DNA of 64,000 nucleotides from Peribolospora baueri (Eukaryota): NCBI GenBank assembly GCA_029717555.1, contig JAMDHS010000024.1, positions 1-64,000 of the forward strand. The letters are read 5' to 3'. Positions within the stretch are counted from its first letter, which is position 1. Each line of letters starts with the position of its first letter. A program made the translations under genes and the position numbers. The notes beneath the pieces were generated by a model. That model saw only the letters and a program-made list of their open reading frames with translations, was not told the DNA's origin and did no database searches. Positions 1 through 12,600 of this stretch are shown here, one piece after another.

Positions 1-206
<206 letters not shown>

Positions 207-872
207 ACGGCCTGCCTCGCCTTGCCGTGTTCCCTAGTTGGCTTTCCGTTCCATAACCCTCACCTGTAGGCTTTACCATCGAATGCAGATGACGTGACAC
301 TGCTTCCGGATGTAGAGCAGTATTCACGATATTGAATGTCAGTTGACTACGTACTGAAGCGGGAGGATAGCTTAGGTCATATTTTGCCTTGAGTGGCAAG
401 GTGTGGCAAGGTGGTGCAGGTAATCCTTTTTCTAATCCCGAAATGGGCATATGGAAAGATGACTTGACGTTCCTTTGCTGGACCGTAAAAGAGATAGTGT
501 GGCCCATGTCTGATGGAAATCCGCCTTACTTGCCGAAGACAGTAAACAAAGTCCATACACCGGACCAGACCCTACTTCGTGTTGCACACTCCACGCTCCT
601 CGCCAGCCGCCATCATTACCTTTGCAATGTACTGTACGCTCATCATCTCGCACAGGGCACACACATCTGCTTTCTCGGAACATAGTCAGACATACAAGGT
701 CTAGGTACTAATCCATTGTAGTAGAGTTATGTAGGTTAAGATACATTAGAGAGAATGTACGATCGAATATAAAACAGGGATGGGTCTCATCAAGCCAAGA
801 CGACAACGAAGCGGTGGAAAATCCATTTCGAACCTCTTCTACATGTGATTGAACGTGTGCACAGAAACAAAT

Positions 873-1943
873 TCAGACCACCTCGTACCCCATCTCCTCG
901 TCCTCCTCCGGCGCGTCCTCTACGGTCGGCCTAGGCGGGCTGCGTGTGCTCGTGGCCGAGAGCGCGGGCGAGGTCGGCGGGTACGCGTGCGAGGCACCGT
1001 CCTCGGGCTTGGCAAGCGGAGTTTCGCTCTCGTTTTCGTTCTGGAGCGAGACCGGTTCCTGCGTCTTTGCAGAAAGGGTGCTCTCGTCGTCGGTGGAGAG
1101 AGGAGAGCGAGAGGGGGCGTGAACAGTCACCGGAATGCTGTGTTGGGTGTCCGTGGGAGGGGCGCCGGGCTGAACGTCGTCGAGGTCCATCTGAGCCTCC
1201 GCTTCCCGCTCTTCCCTCACTGTCGCCAAGTGCTTGCCGGTGTACGTTACCTCGACATCCCCGGTTTCGGTCGACTGCTGCTCCTCGGCTTTGGCCGCGC
1301 GAGAGGGGCCCGGCAAAGGTTGACCACCGATAAAGAGCGGAAGGACATCGCTCATGAAAGCGCCCACACCGTCCGTCAAACCCTCCAGAGCATGTATCCA
1401 CTCCTGCTCCTTCTCCTGCTCGCGTAGCCGCTCCAGGTAAGCACTCCTCTTTCGTTCACGCTCGCGCTCAGCAAGAAGTACGCGACGTCGTTGCTCGAGT
1501 TCGTACTCGTACCGGGCCCGACCTTGCACCTGGGCCCGAGAGGCCGCGGGAGCAAGAGCCGTGGCCAACTGGACTTGCTGAGCCCATTCTTGCTGCTGAC
1601 GGAGCTGGCGGCGTTCACGATCTAGTCGCTCTCGTTGTTCTTGCTCTCTCAGACGGAGCTGCCGGACGTATTCGTATTGCCGGGCCTGCCTCGCTTCGAG
1701 AGCTCGCTGGCGCTGAATTTGACGTACGAAGGAAGCGTAGTCCACACCAGAGTGATCATGGATCAGATATGGCTCGTTATGGAAGTAGGCCTCGCAACCG
1801 CAAGAGGTGCCTTGCAGACGCGCAGGGGTCCAGGAACGAGGCGAGCGACCGGCGATATAGGTGCTCCGATCCGCCAGCCCGAAAGGAGACGCGTCGAGGA
1901 CGAGGGGGTGCTGCACGTTGGAAGGGCGGAAGAAGAGCGCCAT
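873..1943 (-). CDS. Uncharacterised coiled-coil protein with acidic C-terminus
   Basis: Long ORF with likely ATG at 1943 (MALFFRP...) and TATAAAG upstream on the minus strand (2081-2087). E/R/Q-rich central coiled coil; ends EEDEEMGYEVV*. Confidence 0.7.
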   Translation of the reverse strand: MALFFRPSNVQHPLVLDASPFGLADRSTYIAGRSPRSWTPARLQGTSCGCEAYFHNEPYLIHDHSGVDYASFVRQIQRQRALEARQARQYEYVRQLRLREQEQRERLDRERRQLRQQQEWAQQVQLATALAPAASRAQVQGRARYEYELEQRRRVLLAERERERKRSAYLERLREQEKEQEWIHALEGLTDGVGAFMSDVLPLFIGGQPLPGPSRAAKAEEQQSTETGDVEVTYTGKHLATVREEREAEAQMDLDDVQPGAPPTDTQHSIPVTVHAPSRSPLSTDDESTLSAKTQEPVSLQNENESETPLAKPEDGASHAYPPTSPALSATSTRSPPRPTVEDAPEEDEEMGYEVV

Positions 1944-2225
1944 TGCGAATAGATAAAGGATGTGAGGTGTGGTCGATGAGGAGACAAGCTGAGAACAAGG
2001 AAATAGTGAGCGGGTGAGAGGCGGCGAGAAGAACGAATTGGGAGCTGTGGAGATGGGACAATCAGCCTCGCAACCCGATACTTTATACACGCGGACTGCC
2101 TTCCATAACGCTTGCGCGGCCTTGTCTCCTTCGTCGCTCACTGCCCCGGACGTTGCACTCTGGCTCCTTCGTCACCATTCGAGCACCGTCCTTGTGGAAT
2201 GGGAGGCGGTCGTCGTAACGTCTAC

Positions 2226-2300
2226 TTGCCACCACCGGCACCTTCCGGTGTCTTCCACAAGCTTCGCCGTCACGGCCGCTAATACCCGTCAGTGCACGTG
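2226..2300. promoter_or_regulatory. Divergent promoter with step-type HSE-like, PACE-like and E-box motifs
   Basis: TTC at 2243, 2253 and 2263 (TTC-N7-TTC-N7-TTC); GGTGGCAAG on the minus strand at 2225-2233; CACGTG at 2295-2300. Confidence 0.35.
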
Positions 2301-2447
2301 ATAGCCCGCGCTGCGGCCGATCCACTGACGCGGCCGATCGACGTTTGGTATCAGGGAAAGTCGGGGAATAGAGACGAGGACACCGGGAACGACGACGGCG
2401 ACGGCGACGATAGATCATCATCGGACCACTCCAGTTGATCTCTCATC

Positions 2448-5244
2448 ATGGTCAGTGCTACGTGCAGAGGATTCTGCTTTTGCAGTTTCCGGATCTTGTG
2501 CTGACTCGATCCGATCTGGGTATCCATCAGCTCATCCGCGTCAGATCCAAGGATGGGGCGTTCCGCTTCAACGTCGAGCCCACGGATGACTTTGCACTGT
2601 TCGTTCAGAAGGTGTGTGCATTTAAATTGTGCTGCATTATTTCATACTAGCGCTTACATTGCTGCCGACCGACCTTGCTTTTTATTTTCTCGGTGTCCGT
2701 CTCAAGACCCTTGAAACGGCGCCCAATGCAGACCCCACGACCCTTGTCTTCTCCAACGAACCCTCGGGAAAGGACGGTATGCCTGCGGAGCAGCTTCGAG
2801 GGAGCTCCATAGGCTCACTAGGCCTAACGTGAGCAACCCGTTTTGCCTGTCGACCTGCGCGATCATTTCATGTCCCCTCAAGGCAACTGACACCGTTGGC
2901 GCATCCGCCCAACTCTTCAGTCACGGACATCTACTTTACGCGAACTACAAAGAGCTCGGTGCTGTTCCGTCTGGTGATACTGAATTTGCTGCTGCACAGG
3001 CGTCATCACCGTCCGGACCATCAGTCCCAGCGGCAGGTGCAACATCTGGCGCTACAGACGGCCAGGCGAGCACTGCGGCAAACAAGCCGTGGGAAGGCGT
3101 CAAGGAGGATGCAGTGGACGAGTACTGGGAACGTCAGGGCGGCTTAATTCCGAGGAAGAGGGATCCGAAAATGTGCAGGCACGGTGAGAATGCGATGTGC
3201 GATCATTGCATGCCTCTCGAGGTGAGTCTGCGAAAGTGAAAGTTCCTGTGCTTTTCGTGCAGTATCGTTTAACCAATGCTACCCAATCGTAGCCCTACGA
3301 TGAGCGTTACCAAGCAGAGAACAATATCAAGCACCTCTCCTTCCACGCCTACCTCCGCAAGTTGGACGCCCAGGTTATGAAGAAGGCCGCCTCCACATCC
3401 TACATTCCTCCCTTGGAGGAGCCCAACTTTAGCGTCAAGGTCCCATGCCCGTCGGGCAGCCACCCGCCGTGGCCGGCAGGGATCTGCACGAAGTGCCAGC
3501 CTTCGGCAGTGACGCTGGTCCGACAACCGTTCCGGATGGTCGATCACGTCGAGTTTTCCGATCCTCGGCTCATCGACGACTTGCTCCAGTTTTGGCGCTC
3601 TACCGCCACGCAGCGCTTTGGTTTCATGCTTGGTCACTACGAGCCGTATCCTGACGTGCCCATGGGGATCAAGGCCGTAGTGGAAGCCATCCACGAGCCG
3701 CCGCAGGAAGGCGAGCTCGATGGCCTGACCCTTGGGGTTCCCTGGGACGACCAGGGGCGGATAGAGGCCCTAGCTAGCGAGTGCGGCTTGCAGATTGTGG
3801 GAATGATCTATACGGACCTGGAAAACGAGACGGAGGACCCGGAGAGAGTAGGACAGGTCCGCTGCAAGCGCCACAAGGACAGCTTCTTTCTCTCCTCCCT
3901 CGAGACAATCTTCTCCGCCCATCTCCAGTCTGCCAACCGCAGCCCAAGCAAATTCAGCATGAGTGGGAAATTTGGAAGTAAATTCGTGACATGCGTGCTG
4001 AGCGGCACCGAGGAAGGCGGCATCGACGTGACCGCGTACCAGGTCAGCTTGCAGGCGCAAGGGATGGTCGACGCGGTCATGATCGAGGCGAGCGTCGATC
4101 CAGGTACGGTAAGGGTGAAGATGAGCGAAGGGAGCAGATACGTGCCGGAAGTGTTCTACAGGTACAAAGTGAGCAAGTGAAAAAGGGTGGCTATAATTGC
4201 CGTATGGAATGACTGACGACGAATTTTGGCTATTGGACTCAGAATGAATACGGCATCGATGTCAAGGACAGCGCCAAGCCCACCTTCCCGGTTGAATACC
4301 TTCTCGTCAACGTGAGTTGCATGCTTCACGGTCCATGCTCGTATACCCTTGCGTGCTCGCTCCCTCAGGTGCTCACAGTCCATACTCCGTTTTTACCTTC
4401 ACCCTTCCGCAGGTCACCCACGGTTTCCCCAAATCACCCGACCCTCGCTTCATCACGCCCCGTCCATTCGCGATCGAGAACCGTGCAGGTCTGCACGACC
4501 AAGACCTACAAACGGTGCTAAGCCGAGTCAACGATGTCCTCGACGACCGTCCTCTCCTGCCGCGCTACGAGCATGATCTCGCAGGAGCGGACGGGAAGGG
4601 CAAGGGGAGGGAGGAGAGTACGGCTGACGTGGAAAGGAGAAGGAAGCTTGTCGAGCTGCTCAGCGATTGGCACTTGCTCGTATTCTTGGACGGTTCCGGC
4701 ATTCTTGATAAGGTAAATCAAGGCTCTGTTTTTTTTTTTTTCATCTGAACAACATCCCCGCCACCCTGACCATTCTCTGCGTTCCTTCACCCTTTTGACA
4801 TGTATCGTCTCAACCTTCCTTCCTCCACTCTTTGTTCAGCCCGACATACGCGCCCTGGCCAAAGTTGTCACGACTCACGATGGAACCGACGCCCTGGATG
4901 CCTTTCTGTCTACGAGCGGCTGGCAGACTCTTCAGGCCATCGCGCGCGAGAGCGCTCCTTCGTCTGCACGTTCGCCTCACCCTCCTCCCACTCCGGCCCG
5001 GGACTATCCCGCGTCTGGATCTGACTCCATGCATGCTACTGCCAGCTTCGACGAAGACGTTGACATCCCGTCTGAGGCGTACGACGATGCTGCCGCTCTC
5101 CGAGGATTTGACGACGCTGGTCCACAGCAAGGTGAAGGAGGGGGTGAAGGTGCGGGGACGAGGATCTGTCCTCACTGCACCTTTGAAAACCCCGCCGGGA
5201 GCGGCCCAGATTGCGAGGTTTGTGGTCTGCCTCTCAGCGGCTGA
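2448..5244 (+). CDS. NPL4: Nuclear protein localization protein 4 (Cdc48-Ufd1-Npl4 cofactor), multi-exon
   Basis: ATG, intron 2451-2530, then LIRVRSKDG. Zinc-finger motifs [12 protein letters not shown] and [37 protein letters not shown]-terminal NZF finger CPHCTFEN...CEVCGLP. Confidence 0.95.
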
Positions 5245-5930
5245 TAGTAGGCCATTGGACGATCTGGCCCGGTAACCCGTCAGTCATCCCGGCTTACTTG
5301 TAGGTCTAGACGCATATGACTTGATGATACATTCCCTGGCTTCCGAACGTGTATGGAGTGAGAGGTGGGCATCGTCGCCACTGGGCATATAGCGAGGAGT
5401 CGGTCGTGGTTTTCCCCTCGTCATCAGGAAAAACAAGAACGTGGCCGACGTGGTCCATGCTTGATGAGGTGCGGAGAGTGTGAGTAAGGGCTTCGACGGA
5501 GGTTGGAAAGGTGGGGGAGAGGTACGCCACTTCTCGCCACCTCTCTAAGCCATAGTCTGCTCGTTCAATCCCCAAGTCACCACCATAATCATCATCGGCA
5601 ACATGTATCTGGCAGTCGATGCAGGCGGAACTGCCAGCGCGTTCTGTTCCTTATGATGCGATTTCAGATGCGAAAGAAGGGGAGGAGCGGGGCAGAGGGG
5701 AGAGCGGGGGAAAGAACTGTGGCTCGCGCAGCGCGCCGTGCCGTGCCGTGTGATACCGACGACGAAGCGGGTCCGGTAAAGAAGGCAGTAGAGACGGAGA
5801 TGGTAAAATAGGAAGCGAGAGGGAAGGCGAGAAAGACGTGGCTCTCGCCGTCTTACAGAACGACCCTGACACTCGGCGGCTTAGCTACAACAGCCGTCTC
5901 CGATAAATAGGTGGAGAGGGCAGATGATGT

Positions 5931-6263
5931 TCAGAGCTGGTGGATAGCGTACAAAAGGAAAAGAAAGCAAGATCAGGAAATGTGGGAAACGGGTGCGGCC
6001 CGAGGGACAGCAAAAGAACGTAAACAAAGAGGGGAACTCACCATGAACGAGAGCGGGTTCTCCATAGCTTCCTTGAATGCGGAGAGCCACTTGGCACCGA
6101 CGGCTCCGTCGACGGTACGGTGGTCAGAAGAGAGGGTAGCGTTCATCACCTGGATGGTCTTGAAACCCTTCTCGCTCGTGGCATCCGGGACGAGCTTGGG
6201 AACGGTGGAGCCGATGGCAAGAATGCAGGACTGCGGAAGGTTGATGATCGCCGTGAAATGTTG

Positions 6264-6296
<33 letters not shown>

Positions 6297-8121
6297 CGTG
6301 CCTCCCTATAAAAGTGAAGGGACAGGAAAAAGACCGAGCAGTAAGGTCGGTGAGCTACCGGCTCGCTACATTTTGGAAATGATGGGCTATCGACAAATCT
6401 CGGCCTCCCTAACTCTGCTTCAATCCCCAAACCCACCTGGTACTCAGCCGGCGCGAGTTTGCCGTCCCGAGCCTTAACGGCCAGCGCCTTGCACTCAGCC
6501 GAGATGGTGGCGAGACCCTTCGCGCCGGCGTTCTTGACGATCGGCGTGATCAAGCCGTTCGGGGTGGCCACGGCGACGGAGATGTCCGCGTTCTTGTACC
6601 TTTATGTAGTATAACAGAGTGGGTGGGGTCAACTCGTCTCGTGCGGTGCAATCGCAAGCTAGATACCCTCATCTAGACAGACTGCCGACTCACCGCCGGA
6701 TGAAATCGCCATGCCACGCCGAATTGGCGTCAGGCACCTCCCTGAGGGCCTGCGCCACGCCCTTGATGATGAAATCGTTGACGCTCAGCTTGGCCGCCTT
6801 GGCGGCCTCCTTGTCCTTCGCCTTCTGGGCGGATGCGTTGTTGAACACCTCACGGAGCTTGAGCACCTTGTCCATGTCAATCTCCACGGTGAGATAGTAG
6901 TGCGGAAGGTTGACCTTGCTCTCCGTCAGACGGGAGGCGATGGTTCGGCGCATGTTGGACACGGGAATATCCTCGTACTCGCCGGACACGCCTGCCGGCG
7001 CGCCGGGCTGAGGAGCAGCGGCGCCGACCTGAGGAGCGCCAGCGGGGGCGGCCGCCTTGAACTTCTCCACGTCCTCCTTGACGATGCGGCCCGAGGGGCC
7101 GGATCCCTTGATCTGGGTCAGCGGGATGCCACGTTCCTGGGCGAGACGACGGGCGATAGGAGTAGCGAAGAGGCGCTCGCGAGGAGCTTCAGGCGCAGAA
7201 GGAGGGGCCGATGCGGTGTCAGCCTTGGGCGGAGGCGAAGGCGCGGACTTGGGCTCTTCCTTTTTCGGCTCCTCTTTGGGCTCCTCCTTCTTGGGTTCCG
7301 GAGCCGAAGCGGCGGCCTCCTCCGCCAGCTTGGCCGCTCCGGACAGATCATCGCCTTCCTCCCCGGTGACAGCAATGAGAGTGCCAACCTGGATGTTCTT
7401 TGAGCCGTCGCCGACCTGTTCAGGGCATATCAAGCAACCAGAGAGCATAAGCATTGGAGTGGAGATCAAACTCCGAATGAAAGAAAGGGACTCACGATGA
7501 TCTTGGCGAGCACGCCGTCGTCCTGAGCCTCCACGTCCATGGTAGCCTTGTCCGTCTCCTATGAACGCCAATAGAACATCAAGCAAGACGTTTGAGGTGA
7601 TCGGTCCTTCATTCCCCTCTATTATCGCCCAGAACCGAGTAGAGTCTCTTTCCTTCCCAGACCCGCTCCTCTTCATCCTCTCACAAGGTCGGATCGCGAG
7701 CGACTGAGCACGGAAAAGACTCACGATCTCAAGCAAGACGTCACCGGCAGAGAAGGACTGTCCCTCCTTGACCTTCCACTGGGCAATACCGCCCTCGGTC
7801 ATGGTGGGGGACATCGCAGGCATGGAGAACTTGGAGAGCTCCCGGTCGATGGCCGAGGCGTGGAAGGCTGTCGTTAGAAATAGAATGAAGAGAAGGAGGC
7901 AAAGGAGACGGGAATGGGAGATGTGAGCTGAATGAATGAAGGAGAGTAACGACTTGGAGACACGCCTCCGCTGCGCCCCAGGCAATGGCCCATATGAAGA
8001 AGACCTTCCGAGGGGTGCTTTGATGCTCCATCCCACCCCTCGCACACTCACACCGCGCAACGGGCACCCTGGAGCGCACGGCCGAAGCCAGGCCGCGCTG
8101 AAGAAGACGAGCGGAGTACAT
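5931..8121 (-). CDS. LAT1: Pyruvate dehydrogenase E2, dihydrolipoamide acetyltransferase (mitochondrial), multi-exon
   Basis: Presequence [10 protein letters not shown]; lipoyl domain [11 protein letters not shown]...[21 protein letters not shown]; catalytic DHRTVDG. Last coding exon is only CTC TGA (5931-5936). Confidence 0.95.
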
Positions 8122-8470
8122 GCTGATGATGAAGGGGTAGTGATGATCGGGCACGGATCACGAAGGTGGAGGTAGGTGGAGGACGAGGAAGCGCGAAGGG
8201 GGTAGGGCGTTGGAGGGTGGATGGAGAGGGAATCGGCGAGGCGACGTGGACGTTGCTCGCCGCTGGGGCTGAAAGGAGGGGAGCAGAGCGTTGGCCAAGG
8301 CTACGGAGGTGGGAGGATGGTGCGGAAGGGCAAGGAAGGAAGGAACGAGCGACGGGATCTCGAAGGAACGGTGCGGTTGCTGCGGCAACCCATCGATTAC
8401 TCTTTGCTCGGTGCCAGTGTTGGGGAAGACGCCGGCGTTTGACCGGGAGCCGAAGCGAGAGCGCGATAGT

Positions 8471-8537
8471 GATGGGATGGGATGGGATGGGATTGGAATG
8501 GAATGGATTGGAATTGGAATTGGATTGGATTGGAATT
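8471..8537 (+). repeat. Pentanucleotide microsatellite (GGGAT/GGAAT/GGATT-type)
   Basis: gatgggatgggatgggatgggattggaatggaatggattggaattggaatt... Confidence 0.8.
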
Positions 8538-8936
8538 GATTCTCAAGTCAGGTTGTTCACTAGGGGACTATAGAGTTTGGGCGGAAGCCAGACCGAAGGA
8601 CGGAAAGGTCATCAAGAGAAAAAGGAAAGGTAACGAGCGAAAACTACCGTGTAAGGCAAGGCAAAAAACAAACGAGTGGGAGCCGGTCTATCCTATATGA
8701 TGGATGACGGATGAAGGGATGCACGAACGGCGTCGTGACGACTAGGAATTAGGAAAAATTATGAAGTGGAAAGGAAAGGGGTAACTGGGACCTCGATTCG
8801 TTCATGATGAGTCTGCTCGGCTCGACAATATGAGACAGACCAGAGTAGGACGAAATCTATCCGTTCATCGCACCGCGGCCCAACGCCGCACACGCTCACG
8901 CCCTCGCTCCTGCGGCGCCAGGTCCAAACATCTAGC

Positions 8937-11077
8937 TCAGCCCTGGATGTTCGCCTCACTGTCCTCGCGCTTTTTCAGCACGAGCTTCTCGCCCGTAGCG
9001 CGCTGGAACACTTCGTAGATGTCGTCGACGACCGTCTCGAAGTGCGAGGTGGAGTCGTACGAGCGCGTGACGAATACGTTGTCCTCCTTGCCATCGAAGG
9101 TGGGCTCCTCGAGGGCGGTCACCGAGACAAACCTGTAAGGGAGGACACGATCGCCAGATGCACGGACAGCAGCGCGCGACGTCGACAAAGAGAAATTGAC
9201 ATCAGCGAAAAAGGCCTTATCGATACCCGCGGCTTGCTCTCGTCCTTCAACTCAGAAACGTACTTCTCGTGAATTGGACCGAGGAGGTCCAGACCGGGCT
9301 TGATCTCAAGCTCCGGCATGTCCGTCTCGACGATGGTCGAGACGATGGCAACATACACATCCTTGGCGCAGACGTTGTGCGTCGACGACACCTCGGCGAT
9401 GTAGATGTCTGGAGTCCGAGATCGAATCAGATTCGAAGCACACATGGAAGACGAATTTTCGACGGAAAGCAAACAGGACGGCCGGTCCGGTCAGATCTCC
9501 CGGTCCTACTCTCAGGCATCCCTCGAACCGGTACCGTGACGTGGCCAGCGAGGATGCATCCGGGGTCGCACCACTCACCGTGCTTCCGCTTGACCTGGTT
9601 CTGAGGAATGATGAGCTGCACCGAGTCGGCGTTGTCGGTGTTGGGGATGGGGTGCTTGAGCAAGCAGATGGCCCTGACCACCTTGGCAGTTTCCTTCGTC
9701 CTCCCCGTACCGGTAAAGTAGCTAGGGTCGCCGATGAGCATCTTGGCCTTGACGGTCTCGTCTCCGCTGCGCACACCGACGAACTTTTTCGTCTCTGGGT
9801 CGAGCACGATCTCGTCGACGGGCTTGTCGAGCATGTACGTTCCGCCGTAGATGGCCGACAGGCGTGCGAAGCCCTGGGGCAGCTCACCGAGACCGTAGAG
9901 AGGGTAGATGTAGGGGGACTTGCCGAAACGGGCCATCGAAGAGCTGTACAGGATGATGCGATCAACCGTTTCGCGGGCGGGACGGCCGAGGTAGCTATCG
10001 AGGCGGTCAAGTGGGTAGGGTAGGAAACAAGTCAGCGTAAGCTCAAAGTGAAAGCGCACCGCGGTTTGATCCAGGCGTGCAGTGGCACTCACGCATCGTC
10101 AAGGTAAAGTGCCATGGCGTGGCCGATAAAGTCCTTAGTGCCGGGCTCGAGGCCGAAGTGGTTAAACACCTTGTCCATGGGGTCAGTGTCAAGGTTCAGA
10201 CCTGAGCATGAGAGACAGGAGAAACAGCGAGAGCCGAATGAGATATCCAGCCACATCGGGTGGGCTACATAGCGACTTGCCTGCCTTCTTTGGCCAGACG
10301 ACTTACCCTGATGCGTCGCGGGGTCCTCGTCGTTCCAGTTCTGAACAAACTCGAAAAACTTCTTCGCCCTCCTCTTTTCAAAAAGGCCCATGAGCGGGCT
10401 CCGCACCGCCTCCATCTCGTTGCTGGGCACCTTGTTGATCCTGCCGTCGCGGTAGACGAACGAGCCGGCGATCTGCTTGAACTCGAGGTAGCGCGTGACG
10501 TCGGTGTGCACGAGGATCTTGGTGAGCTCGCCGTTGGCCATCATGAACTTGGGGATCAGGTCCACTGCATAGTCCCTGTCTCGGCCCAGCTCCGCCGGGG
10601 GCTCTTGACCGGCGCGGAACTTGCGGTAGAGCTGCGTCAAGTTGAGCGAGGCACATTCGCCGCCGTAGTACTGCACAGTGCCGATGGCAACGTCAGCGTC
10701 CGCTTCCCCCTTCTCGCCGAGGATGCACAAAACAAGCCAAAATGCAGAGCATACGAATCGACACTTACGTCGTTCCGGTCGATGTGAAGAACCTTCTTCC
10801 CCTCCACGCTGAGCAAGCCGGAGAGGATGGTCTGGGAGCACGGAAGTGGACGACGGATCGGTGAGCATCACAGAACTGAGATCCAGCAACGGGACGAGGC
10901 TCAACGTGCGTACGAGGTCGTCGCGGCCGTTCCTCTTTCCCTCACCTCGGTGAGACCGGTGCCAAGGATGATCGCATCGTAGGTCTCATCTGCATGATGG
11001 GACAGGGGTAAGAGTTCCGGTCACGATCAGCTCATGAGCTCAAGAGAGGGGGCACAAAGAACCTCGAACTCGCCCAT
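8937..11077 (-). CDS. GDI1: Rab GDP-dissociation inhibitor, multi-exon
   Basis: MDETYDAIILGTGLTE, YYGGECASLNL, DLIPKFMMANG, SPYIYPLYGLGELPQGFARLSAIYGGTYML, SYDSTSHFET. Confidence 0.96.
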
Positions 11078-11250
11078 GGTGAACAATGCGGTGTGGGGTA
11101 ACTGGGGAAGGCGGCAAGAAGTAAAGGTGCAGGAGAGGAAGGAGGGGTGCTGCAAAAAATCGACGGTGTCTACGCAAGAAAGGTAGATACCGACTGACGA
11201 TGCCGTGCCGGACTGGACGCGCTGGGGCGGAGAGGTCTTGACAACTGGGA

Positions 11251-11268
11251 TCACGTGATGTCACGTGA
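11251..11268. promoter_or_regulatory. Tandem TCACGTGA E-box palindromes upstream of GDI1
   Basis: tcacgtgatgtcacgtga, two sites one helical turn apart, about 175 nt upstream of the GDI1 ATG. Confidence 0.55.
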
Positions 11269-12600
11269 TAAATGCCGCTCCGTTCCGGCGATTCTGAGGA
11301 GACCACGCGTCGCTAATCTATCTGGTCTGCTGTCTCTACCTGTCGAGACTCCCAGCTCAAGGCCGTACCACGCGTACACGTATACCTTTTTCGCCTTTTT
11401 TCGACCTCACACAATGTCAGCCCATGCTCCACTGTCTGAGCTTTACATTCTTGTCGACGCCCAAGTCCTGACCCGCTGTCCACGGGTAGTAGGTGATACG
11501 CGGAGGGGACGATCAGTCTCACGAACGCACGCGACCATAAAGCCGTGTGTGTAGGGAAGTGCCGACCGAGTCGCCCTTACTGTACACACGGTTTTCTGGG
11601 GAGTACGACAGTTATGCGCTATCTTTCAGGACCCTCCTGTCTCATGGGCAGAGCGTGTGTGGTACGGCTTGTAGCGCATCGACGGAGTCGCCCAGGCCCG
11701 CGTATCTATTCGAGGCCCGTCCGGTACTCCGTCATGTCCGTACGTAGAGCCGATCTTCCATGCTCGTCCCTTCCATTTTGACCGCGCCCGTGTCCATCCT
11801 GACCTCGTAGCTAGACACTCGTTCTTCTGACCGACCGACTCGGCTTTTCAGCTATCTCATCGGCGCACACGCGCTTGGCTCGCATCGTTCTGGAGCCGGT
11901 GTGGACATCCGCGCCCAAGCAAGCAGTTTTTGTACTCTCATCCAAAGCGCATGTCGGCTTCGTTTTTGCGCCGATGCCGATGCCACGTCGAGGTCCACTT
12001 GATCTCGGTTCGATTCGATTCGGACCGGGCATTCGGATGTACAAGTCGTTCCCCTATCGGGCCAAACAAGCCAAGTCCCCTTCCGACGGCCTTCGCGCAG
12101 CTTCAAAGTGTAGGTAGCGACATAAGGGCGGAGCCAAGCCAGAGCATGAGGCAGGTCAATCGGTCGAAGCCAGCGAGCGAACGAACGAACGAGTCGTCCG
12201 TCCCATGGCGCAGCCGTGCCCCGGATCGGATGGGGTGGATAGAAAGGGAGCTACGGAAGGTGGAGATGGAACAGCGCAAAGCGCAAGTGGCTTGCCATTG
12301 TTTACCACAGGGCGATCAACGACGAGTGGGGGAATGCTGAACTATAACTATATCAATGTGGGGTATGGACACCGCGCTCGCGGCGGGTGAGTGGGCGAGC
12401 GGGGGACTCGATGGTCCCCGGGACGCTCAGAAGCCAGTGAGGCCGCCGGCGCCGAGGCCAGAGAGGGCATTTCCGAGGGCGGCGAGGCTGGGCGGGCGAG
12501 AAGACAAAGAAGGATGGCAAAAAACGCAAAGAGACGTCAGGGGTGAGGCCTGCCCCCAAAGAGTATCCAGGAGGCCCCGCTCGAGATGAGAAGGCGAAGC

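Noticed and set aside
5306..5811. Short ORFs and TGATGA motifs between NPL4 and LAT1
   Set aside because: No recognisable protein motif, and no matching D box with an rRNA guide; likely convergent 3' UTR sequence.
8015..8043. GC-rich hairpin in LAT1 intron 1 as an H/ACA snoRNA
   Set aside because: No correctly placed H box, second hairpin or ACA motif found.
8471..8537. G-rich short repeats as telomeric or CRISPR-like arrays
   Set aside because: Degenerate microsatellite with no TTAGGG units and no repeat-spacer structure; the context is eukaryotic.
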